Assembly: GCA_017469745.1 (NCBI GenBank)
Contig: JAFUFS010000051.1
Location: 15,222 to 47,221 of the forward strand
Source: Bacteroidales bacterium
GTDB lineage: Bacteria; Bacteroidota; Bacteroidia; Bacteroidales; UBA932
DNA: 32,000 nucleotides
Reading direction: 5' to 3'
Shown: one piece after another, positions 23,027 to 30,782 of the stretch
Layout of the letters: each line of letters begins with the position of its first letter
Numbering within the stretch: position 1 is the first letter of the stretch
Notes under the pieces: model-generated
Databases searched by the model: none
Told to the model about the DNA's origin: nothing
What the model saw: the letters and a program-made list of their open reading frames with translations, nothing else
Made by a program: the position numbers and the translations under genes

Positions 23027-23905
23027 ATGCAGATCAAGGAAAAGTCATACAAGGTGGCGGGACACGTGTTCACGCTGAAGATGGAAGAGGACGATAAGCT
23101 TTGGAACGCCCTTGGCAACTACGAGCCTTTCGCGTGTGAGGCTGATTCCGATCCTGTGTTCACTCTCGAGCTTGTCCAAAAGGTTGAGACTGAGGGGAAG
23201 AAGGAACTTTATATCTCCGACCCTGAGGATGTCGAACAGAGGATTGACATCTACACCATGGAAGACGGCTACCTGTTCGAGATGGCTCCCTTCGGCAATG
23301 TGCCGGTGTGCGGTTGGCTCAGGGTGGATTCCGGTTTCACCACCGGTTCGCTCATGGTAGAAAAAGACAATCGCTTCTGCGTCAACAATGCCCTGATGCT
23401 GATGTATGCCTTCCGTACCGCGGATCTGGACACCCTTGAGATGCACGCCTCCGTGACCGTCAAGGACGGAAAGGGTTTCCTGTTCCTTGGCAAGAGCGGG
23501 ACCGGAAAGAGCACTCACAGCAGCCTCTGGCTTAAGAATATTCCCGGAACACATCTTTTGAATGACGACAATCCCATCGTGAGGATAGTTGACGGTCAGG
23601 TGAGGGTCTACGGCAGCCCTTGGAGCGGCAAGACCCCATGCTACCGCAATGAGGACTATCCGGCCGGGGCCTTCGTCAGGATCAACCGTGCTCCCTACGA
23701 TGCTATCCACAGGATGTCCATCCCCGAAGCTTTCGCATCGATTTCTTCGTCCTCGTCCGGCCTCAGGGCCATCCGGAGGATAGGAGACGGGCTCTATTCA
23801 ACACTGTCGTCGGTCGTCCAGACCGTGCCCTGCTATGTGCTCGACTGCCTTCCCGATGACGAGGCGGCCATAGTTTGTTCAAAGGAGGTTCTTGGCAATG
23901 CGTAA
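23027..23905 (+). CDS. HPr kinase/phosphorylase-like P-loop protein of the PqqD-associated (RiPP-type) group
   Basis: FLFLGKSGTGKSTHSSLWL Walker A, LLNDDNPIVRI, and VYGSPWSGKTPCYRNEDYPAGAFVRINRA. Start reassigned from 23006. Confidence 0.8.
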   Translation: MQIKEKSYKVAGHVFTLKMEEDDKLWNALGNYEPFACEADSDPVFTLELVQKVETEGKKELYISDPEDVEQRIDIYTMEDGYLFEMAPFGNVPVCGWLRVDSGFTTGSLMVEKDNRFCVNNALMLMYAFRTADLDTLEMHASVTVKDGKGFLFLGKSGTGKSTHSSLWLKNIPGTHLLNDDNPIVRIVDGQVRVYGSPWSGKTPCYRNEDYPAGAFVRINRAPYDAIHRMSIPEAFASISSSSSGLRAIRRIGDGLYSTLSSVVQTVPCYVLDCLPDDEAAIVCSKEVLGNA

Positions 23906-24413
23906 GTTCGCCGAGTGGATCCTGAGGATGATGCGCCATGTCGTGCAGCCTTTCCTGAAGAAGCCTGCTTCTCCCGGAGTGGTTTCCGACAAGCGGACTA
24001 TCGGGGACGACAACTATTTCATGGCGGTACGCATGTTGCTTGACGAGGGTAAGGAAGTCCTGTTCACTCCCAAGGGCGACAGCATGCTGCCGTTCATCAA
24101 GAACGGACGCGATTCCGTGGTGCTGGCTTCGTTGTCCAGGCCGCTGGAAGTGGGAGACATAATCCTTGTCAAGATAGGCCCCAAGTACATCATGCACAGG
24201 ATTTTCGCCCTTGACGGAGACAGGATCACCTTGATGGGCGACGGAAACATAAAGGGCAAGGAGCACTGTACCTTGAAGGATGTGATCGGAATTGTGACCG
24301 AGATCCACAAGGAGAGCGGAAAGGTTGTCAAGCCCGGGAAAGGAAGGTTCTGGAGAGCCATCCGGCCGTTGAGATTATTTTTTTTGGTATTTTATAAAAG
24401 AGTGATATTATGA
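23898..24413 (+). CDS. S24/S26 family peptidase-like protein
   Basis: FTPKGDSMLPFIKNGRDSVVL (catalytic Ser region), GDIILVKIGPKYIMHRI, LDGDRITLMGDGN. Starts inside the end of the kinase gene (8-nt overlap). Confidence 0.8.
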   Translation: MRKFAEWILRMMRHVVQPFLKKPASPGVVSDKRTIGDDNYFMAVRMLLDEGKEVLFTPKGDSMLPFIKNGRDSVVLASLSRPLEVGDIILVKIGPKYIMHRIFALDGDRITLMGDGNIKGKEHCTLKDVIGIVTEIHKESGKVVKPGKGRFWRAIRPLRLFFLVFYKRVIL

Positions 24414-24679
24414 GGATTATCGAAGGTTTCGTCCTTAGGCCCCTCGTCGGGGAGTACATAGTGATCGGTGAGGGAATCGCCCAGATCAACTTCAACAAGA
24501 TGGTTTCTCTGAACCCTACGGCCGCCTATCTTTGGGAAAGCGTCGAAGGCAAGGATTTCACAGTCGAAGACCTGACCAAGCTCCTTACCGACAAGTATGA
24601 AGTGACGGAGGAGCAGGCCGCCGCCGATGCCGCAGCCCTTGCGGCGAAATGGATCGAGGCCGGAATAGTCTCTGAATAG
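24410..24679 (+). CDS. PqqD family protein (RRE-like peptide carrier domain)
   Basis: GFVLRPLVGEYIVIGEG...INFNKMVSLNPTAAYLWESVEGKDFTVEDLTKLLTDKYEV...DAAALAAKWIEAGIV. ATGA overlap with the upstream gene. Confidence 0.85.
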   Translation: MRIIEGFVLRPLVGEYIVIGEGIAQINFNKMVSLNPTAAYLWESVEGKDFTVEDLTKLLTDKYEVTEEQAAADAAALAAKWIEAGIVSE

Positions 24680-24695
24680 TTTTACGTCCGGGACG

Positions 24696-26372
24696 ATGAA
24701 GGATTTCAAGACATGCATTAAGGGGCTCTGGAGGATGTCCAAGCCTGTGCTGGGAAGGGACCTTGTCACCGTCCTGATAGGAGGGGTACGCATTGCCGCC
24801 TCCCTCTCGTTCGTGTGGATCTGCAAACGTCTGGTGGACATTGCTACCGGTGTCAGTGACGTAGCTCTCGCACCTCACGTCTGGATAATGATCGGTATCA
24901 TCCTGACACAGATCATCTGCGGACTTGCATCCAATTACTGGGGCGCCTACAACACCATCAAGACTCGCAACCAGCTGAGACTCGGGATGTTCGCCCATGT
25001 GCTGAACTCCCGCTGGAATGGTCGTGAGGCCTTCCGTTCAGGAGACACGATCAACCGTCTTGAGGAGGACATCAGGGTTCTCACCGACCTTATCTGCGGC
25101 AGTTTTCCCGATGTGATCATCACCATCTGCCAGTTGCTTGCCGCTTCGGTCTACCTCTTGACGATGGCACCGTCGCTTCTCTGGGTCCTTATCATCCTGA
25201 TGGCTGCCGCCGTGATCGGCTCCAAGATGTATTTCAAGAAGATCCGTGAGCTTACGTCAAAGATACGCTCACTGGACAGCGAGGTTCAGCAGCTGGAGCA
25301 GGAGAATCTTCAGAACAGGGTTCTGGTCCTGACCCTTTTTGGCGTCGGGAATATAGTTTCGCGTCTCTCCGGTCTTCAGGAGACTATCAAAAAGAACACA
25401 ATCACCAGGCTCAATTACAATGCGGTTGCCAGGGGCTTCATGAACATCGGTTTCATGGGCGGATATGCCGCAGCCTTCCTTTGGGGAATATACGGCATCA
25501 AGTCCGGAGCGGTGACCTACGGTATGATGACCGCCTTCCTGCAGCTGGTCGGCCAGGTCCAGCGTCCTATTGCCAGCCTGGGTACGCAGGTACCTGCTTT
25601 CATCAAGGCGCTTACCTCGATAGAGCGTCTGCTGGAACTAGAGGACCTCAAGGTTGAGCGCTATCACGGTGACGTCCTCTTCGAAGGAGCCCCCGGGATC
25701 CGTGTCTCCGATGTCTCGTTCGCTTACTGTCATCCTGAGCGCAGCGAAGGATCTTCCAGTCGCAGCGAAGGATCTGCTCCTCGCCTCGTCCTCGACAACT
25801 TCTCCCACGACTTCGCTCCCGGTACGCTGACGGTAATCGCCGGTCCGACCGGAGTAGGGAAGAGTACCCTCACAAGGCTCATGCTTGGGCTGCTGCATCC
25901 GACAGAGGGAACCGTCAACCTATATTCCCGGAACGGCAAGTCCCACACTGCCGACGTGGACACTCGCTGCAATTTCACCTACGTTCCTCAGGGCAACAGC
26001 CTCCTAAGCGGTACGATCAGGGAGAATATGCTTCTGGTAAATTCGGAAGCTACTGATGAGCAGATCGTCGAGGCTCTAAAGCTGGCGGCTGCTGAGTTCG
26101 TGCTGGGTCTTCCCGACGGTCTTGACACGGTCTGCGGAGAGAGCGGCACAGGCCTTTCCGAAGGTCAGTGCCAGAGGATTGCCATAGCCAGGGCCCTGCT
26201 GCACCGTGGAGGAATCATGATCCTTGACGAGGCCACCTCCGCCTTGGATGTCGAGACCGAAGAACGTCTCCTCGACAACATCCACACCCATCTCGCCGGC
26301 GACAAGACCATCGTCTTCATCTCCCACCGTCCCGCCGCCACCCGTATCGCCGACGACGTCGTGAACCTGTAG
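24696..26372 (+). CDS. ABC transporter, fused permease and ATP-binding protein (exporter; no C39 peptidase domain visible)
   Basis: Six-TM N-terminus; GPTGVGKST Walker A, QGNSLLSGTIRENMLL Q-loop region, GLSEGQCQRIAIARAL signature, MILDEATSALD Walker B, and VFISHR H-loop. Confidence 0.93.
   Translation: MKDFKTCIKGLWRMSKPVLGRDLVTVLIGGVRIAASLSFVWICKRLVDIATGVSDVALAPHVWIMIGIILTQIICGLASNYWGAYNTIKTRNQLRLGMFAHVLNSRWNGREAFRSGDTINRLEEDIRVLTDLICGSFPDVIITICQLLAASVYLLTMAPSLLWVLIILMAAAVIGSKMYFKKIRELTSKIRSLDSEVQQLEQENLQNRVLVLTLFGVGNIVSRLSGLQETIKKNTITRLNYNAVARGFMNIGFMGGYAAAFLWGIYGIKSGAVTYGMMTAFLQLVGQVQRPIASLGTQVPAFIKALTSIERLLELEDLKVERYHGDVLFEGAPGIRVSDVSFAYCHPERSEGSSSRSEGSAPRLVLDNFSHDFAPGTLTVIAGPTGVGKSTLTRLMLGLLHPTEGTVNLYSRNGKSHTADVDTRCNFTYVPQGNSLLSGTIRENMLLVNSEATDEQIVEALKLAAAEFVLGLPDGLDTVCGESGTGLSEGQCQRIAIARALLHRGGIMILDEATSALDVETEERLLDNIHTHLAGDKTIVFISHRPAATRIADDVVNL
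25728..25775 (+). repeat. In-frame dispersed-repeat insertion (TGTCATCCTGAGCGCAGCGAAGGATCT plus second CGCAGCGAAGGATCT unit) encoding CHPERSEGSSSRSEGS
   Basis: 15-nt direct repeat CGCAGCGAAGGATCT at 25740-25754 and 25761-25775 (21-nt period). The core resembles the widespread TCATCCTGAGCG-AGCGAAGGATCT dispersed repeat. Confidence 0.8.
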
Positions 26373-26605
26373 GCCCTTTCTTGCCTGAAGCCGCATGCGG
26401 CCACTGTCCTTCATCCATCATCTGCCACATCCAGCGGCCATCTTCTTAACCATTCACAACCCGACAGTGCGGTTCTGTTACGGAATACTCTGATAATCTG
26501 AATATTAAGCAATTTAACCGTCTCGATTTTGAGACCGCTCAATTATACAATTGGCTGGTAATTAAATATTTACATCACAGCATTCCTTTCCCAGTTTTTA
26601 TTTAC

Positions 26606-26613
26606 TATTTTTG
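26606..26613 (+). promoter_or_regulatory. Putative -7 box (TATTTTTG) for carbonic anhydrase gene
   Basis: Exact TAnnTTTG match, 27 nt upstream of ATG 26641 in an AT-rich intergenic region. Confidence 0.5.
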
Positions 26614-26640
26614 TTCCACTAATCTTGGTGCAAAGTTTTT

Positions 26641-27183
26641 ATGATAGACGAAATCCTTCAGTACAACCGGGAGTTCGTGGCGAGAAAAGGCTACGAGCCG
26701 TTTATTACAGACAAATATCCTTCAAAGAAGCTTGCGGTGCTGACATGCATGGACACCCGCCTGACCGAGCTGTTGCCCAAAGCGCTCGGACTCAGGAACG
26801 GCGATGCAAAGATCATCCGCAATGCCGGAGGCCTGGTCCTGACTTCTACAGATTCAGCCATCCGCTCTTTGCTTGTAGGAATATATGAGCTTGGTGTTGA
26901 AGAGATTATGGTTGTCCATCATTCCAATTGCGGAGCCTGCCACATGTGCTTTGAAGAATTCAAGCCGCTGATGCTGGGAAGGGGAGTCTCCCCTGAAGCC
27001 ATTAAGGCTTTTGAAGAGGCCGGCTGTGACATTGAGGAATGGCTTGAAGGCTTCCATGACACCGAGGCTTCTGTCCGCCGTACTATGGCTGCGATCACCG
27101 GCCATCCACTTGTTCCAAAGGATGTTACCGTCCGCGGTTTCATCATAGATTCCGTCACCGGTGCTCTGACGGAACTTAAATAA
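26641..27183 (+). CDS. Beta-class carbonic anhydrase
   Basis: LAVLTCMDTRL, KIIRNAGGLVLTSTDSAIRSLLVGIYELGVEEIMVVHHSNCGACH: Cys-Asp-Arg and HxxC zinc/catalytic signature. Confidence 0.9.
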   Translation: MIDEILQYNREFVARKGYEPFITDKYPSKKLAVLTCMDTRLTELLPKALGLRNGDAKIIRNAGGLVLTSTDSAIRSLLVGIYELGVEEIMVVHHSNCGACHMCFEEFKPLMLGRGVSPEAIKAFEEAGCDIEEWLEGFHDTEASVRRTMAAITGHPLVPKDVTVRGFIIDSVTGALTELK

Positions 27184-27312
27184 ACAGAAATTTTCAAAAG
27201 AAACCCCCTCCTAGGTCCGGTCGCCCCTTGGTGGTTTCCGGAAGATTTGGTAATCTTGCCAGCGAAAGGCCAGGCTTGACCTGACCTTATCCTTGACCTT
27301 AAACTTTAGATT

Positions 27313-28175
27313 ATGCAAATCTTTGCCAACCTGCTCCACGACGATACTTTCAAGATTGTCGTCGGGGCGCCGGGAAATGAGACCTGTTCTGTACTTCGGA
27401 AGAAGGGGAGCAGTTCATCGTAGAGATGCAGTTCTCTGGCCAGGCTACCTTCAAAGAACGGATGCTGGTGTACGCGACGTATCCGATCCGTGCGCAGATG
27501 GACAAGAGGCTGAAAGAAATAGAGAAACTGACATCAGGGGATGAAGAGGCTGCGGAAGCGAGTGGCAGGAAGCCCGACAAGATGTATTACGGCTTGCACC
27601 CGATCTATGTTATCAGCCTTCTGAACTTCAGTCTTCGTCATGAGAACAATGAGGCGTTGGACGAAGGGATGATCAGCCGGTATTCGATTCGGAATGACCG
27701 CAATGGAGAACTGATGACAGATGCACTGCACTTCATCTTTCTGGAACTTGGGCGGTTGGGCTTGAGGAAGAGGGACTACGCAAAGTGCAGGACACCGCTT
27801 CAGAAGATGGCATATTCGTTGAAATATATGCACGAGCTTGGCGCTGCTCCAGCAGGGTTCGAAGATGGGTTTCAACGGATGCTTTACAAGGCCAGCGAGC
27901 TGGCCGGAATGACACAAGAACAACGAAGACAATACGATAGAGCCATGACAACAAAGATTGACATAATTGCCCAGCAGGAATATGCCAGCGAGGAAGGACT
28001 CGCCGAGGGGCTCAAAAGAGGCCAAAGACAAGGTCGCCAGGAAGGTCGCGCAGAAGGTGCAGAACTCAAGTCTGAGGAGATTGCACGAAAGATGATTGAT
28101 TCGAACATTCCATATGAAACCATTAGATTATGCACAGGCCTATCAGATGCAAAGATCCGTAGCCTTATGGAATAA
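27313..28175 (+). pseudogene. Degenerate Rpn/PD-(D/E)XK nuclease family (transposase-like) remnant; intact C-terminal part 27381-28175
   Basis: Frame 1 at 27313 gives MQIFANLLHDDTFKIVVGAPGNE. Frame 3 from 27381 gives DLFCTSEEGEQFIVEMQFSGQATFKERMLVYATYPIRAQM. The segment normally between them is missing. The C-terminal tail RGQRQGRQEGRAEGAELKSEEIARKMI...IRLCTGLSDAKIRSL is typical of the family. Confidence 0.8.
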
Positions 28176-28257
28176 ATTGAGCAATCAAACAATTAGACTC
28201 ACATATCCGTGCTTTCTAGGGCTTTTTTGCCTAGCAACCGCACCTGTAATAACGAAT

Positions 28258-28292
28258 CCGTGCTGTCAAGGTAGACCGGCACGGTGTTTTTT
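28258..28292 (+). terminator. Candidate Rho-independent terminator
   Basis: CCGTGC (28258-28263) pairs with GCACGG (28279-28284) and is followed by TGTTTTTT. Confidence 0.5.
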
Positions 28293-28554
28293 ATTATGTC
28301 TGTTCGGCCCGTTGTTCAGATCATTGTTGATAACTTTTTTTCATGATCATCCGGATGCAAAATCCACATTGGAGGCCCTTAATTTGAATCATTTTGATTA
28401 GCCACTTGCAGAACCTTCATTTTCTGTCCTTTAAGTGTAACTTAAAGATTTGGAATTCACCCGAAAAATTCATAAAAATGCAAGACTTTGGCTTTGAAAA
28501 ATTAACCGCATTTTTAGGCAAAATTTATTAATCATAAAATTCAAAATTTGTAGT

Positions 28555-28689
28555 ATGAAAAAGAAACTAATGTATGAAGTTCCCGACGCGGAACTGATCG
28601 AGCTGAAAGCTCAAGGAGTCTTTATGGCCTCAGTAGAAGGCGAGTCTATTCAATCACTCGAGTATGACTCTGATGAGTTGAATTGTTAA
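28555..28689 (+). CDS. 44-aa small protein of unknown function (below the cutoff of the supplied ORF track)
   Basis: ATG...TAA encoding MKKKLMYEVPDAELIELKAQGVFMASVEGESIQSLEYDSDELNC. It ends 14 nt before the start of the lipoprotein gene. Confidence 0.6.
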   Translation: MKKKLMYEVPDAELIELKAQGVFMASVEGESIQSLEYDSDELNC

Positions 28690-28703
28690 TTATGTGTAGA
28701 CTT

Positions 28704-30782
28704 ATGAAAAAGAATTTATTCTTCATAGCTAGCACCATCTTTATGGTTCTTGCTGTTACTAATTGTTCTAAAGAGATTATTGATCCTTCAAATGATAATG
28801 ACATTCAAAAGGGATCTTCTTTTGAGCTTATTGCCACACCAGTTGAGACAAGAACAGAGAATGATGGCATGAACACTAAATGGGTCAGCGGTGACGCGAT
28901 AAATGTGTTCCATGCTGAAGAAGAAACTACTAACTATGTTAGTGATGGCGAATTTATAATCACAGATGTTTCTACCAATCGATTCCAAGGAACTGTTTCT
29001 GAAACTCTTGAAGCTGACAAGAAGTATGATTGGTATATGTTCTATCCTTATAGCTCCCATATTACTACTCCCGCTAATACGAACGCTGGTTATACTGTTG
29101 TTGGTAGTAGGAATAATGGAAATCAGACGCAGGCTGGTAATAATAACAAGGCCCATATTGCGGGCCCCAATTATCCACTTATTGGAGTACTTCCCTCTGT
29201 TGCAAGTACGGAGGTTCCTAAAGTGAGCGTGAATCAGGTGTGTTCCTTCATAGAGTTTAATGTTAAGAATACTTCGAGTGAGGACCTTGTCGTTAAAAGT
29301 ATTGTCTTTACAGCCACGGAAGACATTGTTGGAACGTATTATATAAATTTCATCGATCCTGAGAATGTAGTGTTCACTCCCAGTACCAATGATGATGGAA
29401 CGTATACTTATGCCTCTGAGAAGGCGGTCCTGAATGTTACTGATGGAGAGACAATTGCTAATGGTAATAGCGCAGCCTTTTATATTGGAATAAAGCCTTT
29501 CAGTGTTTCTTCCGGAACGTTGAAGGTTGCTGTCAATGGGTATGAGAAGGAAATAAATATCACCAAGAGTACCTCATTCTCCGCAGGAAAAATCAAGAAG
29601 ATAAACTTCGATTATAACAAGGAGGCGGAAGTATTACCTGTTTATGACAATACTTCGGCAGACTATTCGACTGGCTTCGAGGATGGCTTTACTGCCGGAA
29701 CAGCTTACAACAATACGCTTGAGAAGCTTGATGGTCCAGAGAATGAGCAGTGGGCATCATACTACGGAACCGTTTCCACGAGTTCAAAACTCAATGGTAA
29801 TAATTCAATGCAAATGCGTTGGTATACTTCAGCTGCTAAAAATCTTGGATATGCCCGTACAAACTTTAAAGTTGCTAAAGTTGGTTCTGTCTCTTTCTCA
29901 GCGGCCGCCACTAACAATTTGAATCTTTCTCTGTTCTACATGACTGAAAAAGATGAAGATTGGGTTCTAGCTCAAACGTTTACCCTGACATCGACATCGA
30001 AGCAGTATAGTTATGAGTTCTCTTCTCCTATTGAGAATGCCCAGTTGAAATTCCAGATTGCTCTTCCTGCGACAAATCCTTCAAGCAATTCGAATGTGCG
30101 AATAGATGATGTTGTCGTTTCTAAGGATGTACCTGTTGTGGAACTGGCTTCCATCGCCATTACTAAGAATCCCACCAAGACTACGTATACCCTAGGTGAA
30201 GAATTTGTTTTTGACGGAGAGGTAACTGCTACCTATTCCGATGGGTCTACAGTCGTTGTTACTGATGATATTGAATCTGACGGCGCAACAGTAGTAGCTA
30301 CTGTGGGTGTAGATAAGACCGTTACTATCTCTTACACTGACGGTGAAATTACTAAGACTTCTACGTATGAGATTACTGTAAACGACCCTGATGCTTCTTA
30401 TATAGAGGTTCCTTCTCAGACGATCACCTTCTCTGAACTTGGGTATGACAATGGTGCCGAGGTAAGCCAGGTTGATGGGACCAACTGTGGCATAAACTTC
30501 AATAAGGGAACAAATTCTAATACGCCGAAGTATTATACCTCAGGTAATGCAGTTCGTGCATATGGTGGAAACTTCTTTATTGTTACAGTTGAAGAGGGTT
30601 ATCAGATCAGTTCCATAGAGCTGACCTTTGGCTCTAGCGATGGCTCAAATGCTATTACCACGGATAAGGGAACATATTCCGATGGTAAATGGACTGGTTC
30701 CGTTCAGAATGGAGGTTCAGTTACCTTCACTATCGGAGGAACCACTGGAAATAGGAGAATCAGTTCTATTAAGATTAACTGA
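28704..30782 (+). CDS. Fimbrillin-family-like surface lipoprotein with Ig-like domain(s); N-terminal part of an interrupted fusion gene
   Basis: Start at MKKNLFFIASTIFMVLAVTNCSKE (lipobox). Fimbrillin-type TRTENDGMNTKWVSGDAINVFHAE; Ig-like ITKNPTKTTYTLGEEFVFDGEVTATYSDGSTVVVT; terminal TGA at 30780-30782 in a linker. Confidence 0.78.
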   Translation: MKKNLFFIASTIFMVLAVTNCSKEIIDPSNDNDIQKGSSFELIATPVETRTENDGMNTKWVSGDAINVFHAEEETTNYVSDGEFIITDVSTNRFQGTVSETLEADKKYDWYMFYPYSSHITTPANTNAGYTVVGSRNNGNQTQAGNNNKAHIAGPNYPLIGVLPSVASTEVPKVSVNQVCSFIEFNVKNTSSEDLVVKSIVFTATEDIVGTYYINFIDPENVVFTPSTNDDGTYTYASEKAVLNVTDGETIANGNSAAFYIGIKPFSVSSGTLKVAVNGYEKEINITKSTSFSAGKIKKINFDYNKEAEVLPVYDNTSADYSTGFEDGFTAGTAYNNTLEKLDGPENEQWASYYGTVSTSSKLNGNNSMQMRWYTSAAKNLGYARTNFKVAKVGSVSFSAAATNNLNLSLFYMTEKDEDWVLAQTFTLTSTSKQYSYEFSSPIENAQLKFQIALPATNPSSNSNVRIDDVVVSKDVPVVELASIAITKNPTKTTYTLGEEFVFDGEVTATYSDGSTVVVTDDIESDGATVVATVGVDKTVTISYTDGEITKTSTYEITVNDPDASYIEVPSQTITFSELGYDNGAEVSQVDGTNCGINFNKGTNSNTPKYYTSGNAVRAYGGNFFIVTVEEGYQISSIELTFGSSDGSNAITTDKGTYSDGKWTGSVQNGGSVTFTIGGTTGNRRISSIKIN

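Noticed and set aside
23045-23710. 221-aa minus-strand ORF opposite the HprK-like kinase, considered as an antisense partner
   Set aside because: No domain recognised, and the kinase motifs on the plus strand explain the region.
25740-25775. Two 15-nt direct repeats considered as a nascent CRISPR or tandem array
   Set aside because: Only two units, 6-nt spacer, within an ORF and in frame, and matching a known dispersed-repeat type.
26395-26493. 32-aa ORF (MRPLSFIHHLPHPAAIFLTIHNPTVRFCYGIL) directly downstream of the ABC exporter, considered as the missing precursor peptide
   Set aside because: No leader-like segment, no plausible core, and it starts inside a palindrome; too short and patternless to support.
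28096-28401. 101-aa plus-strand ORF after the nuclease remnant
   Set aside because: Out of frame with the remnant's C-terminus, runs through a terminator-like hairpin, and shows no motif.
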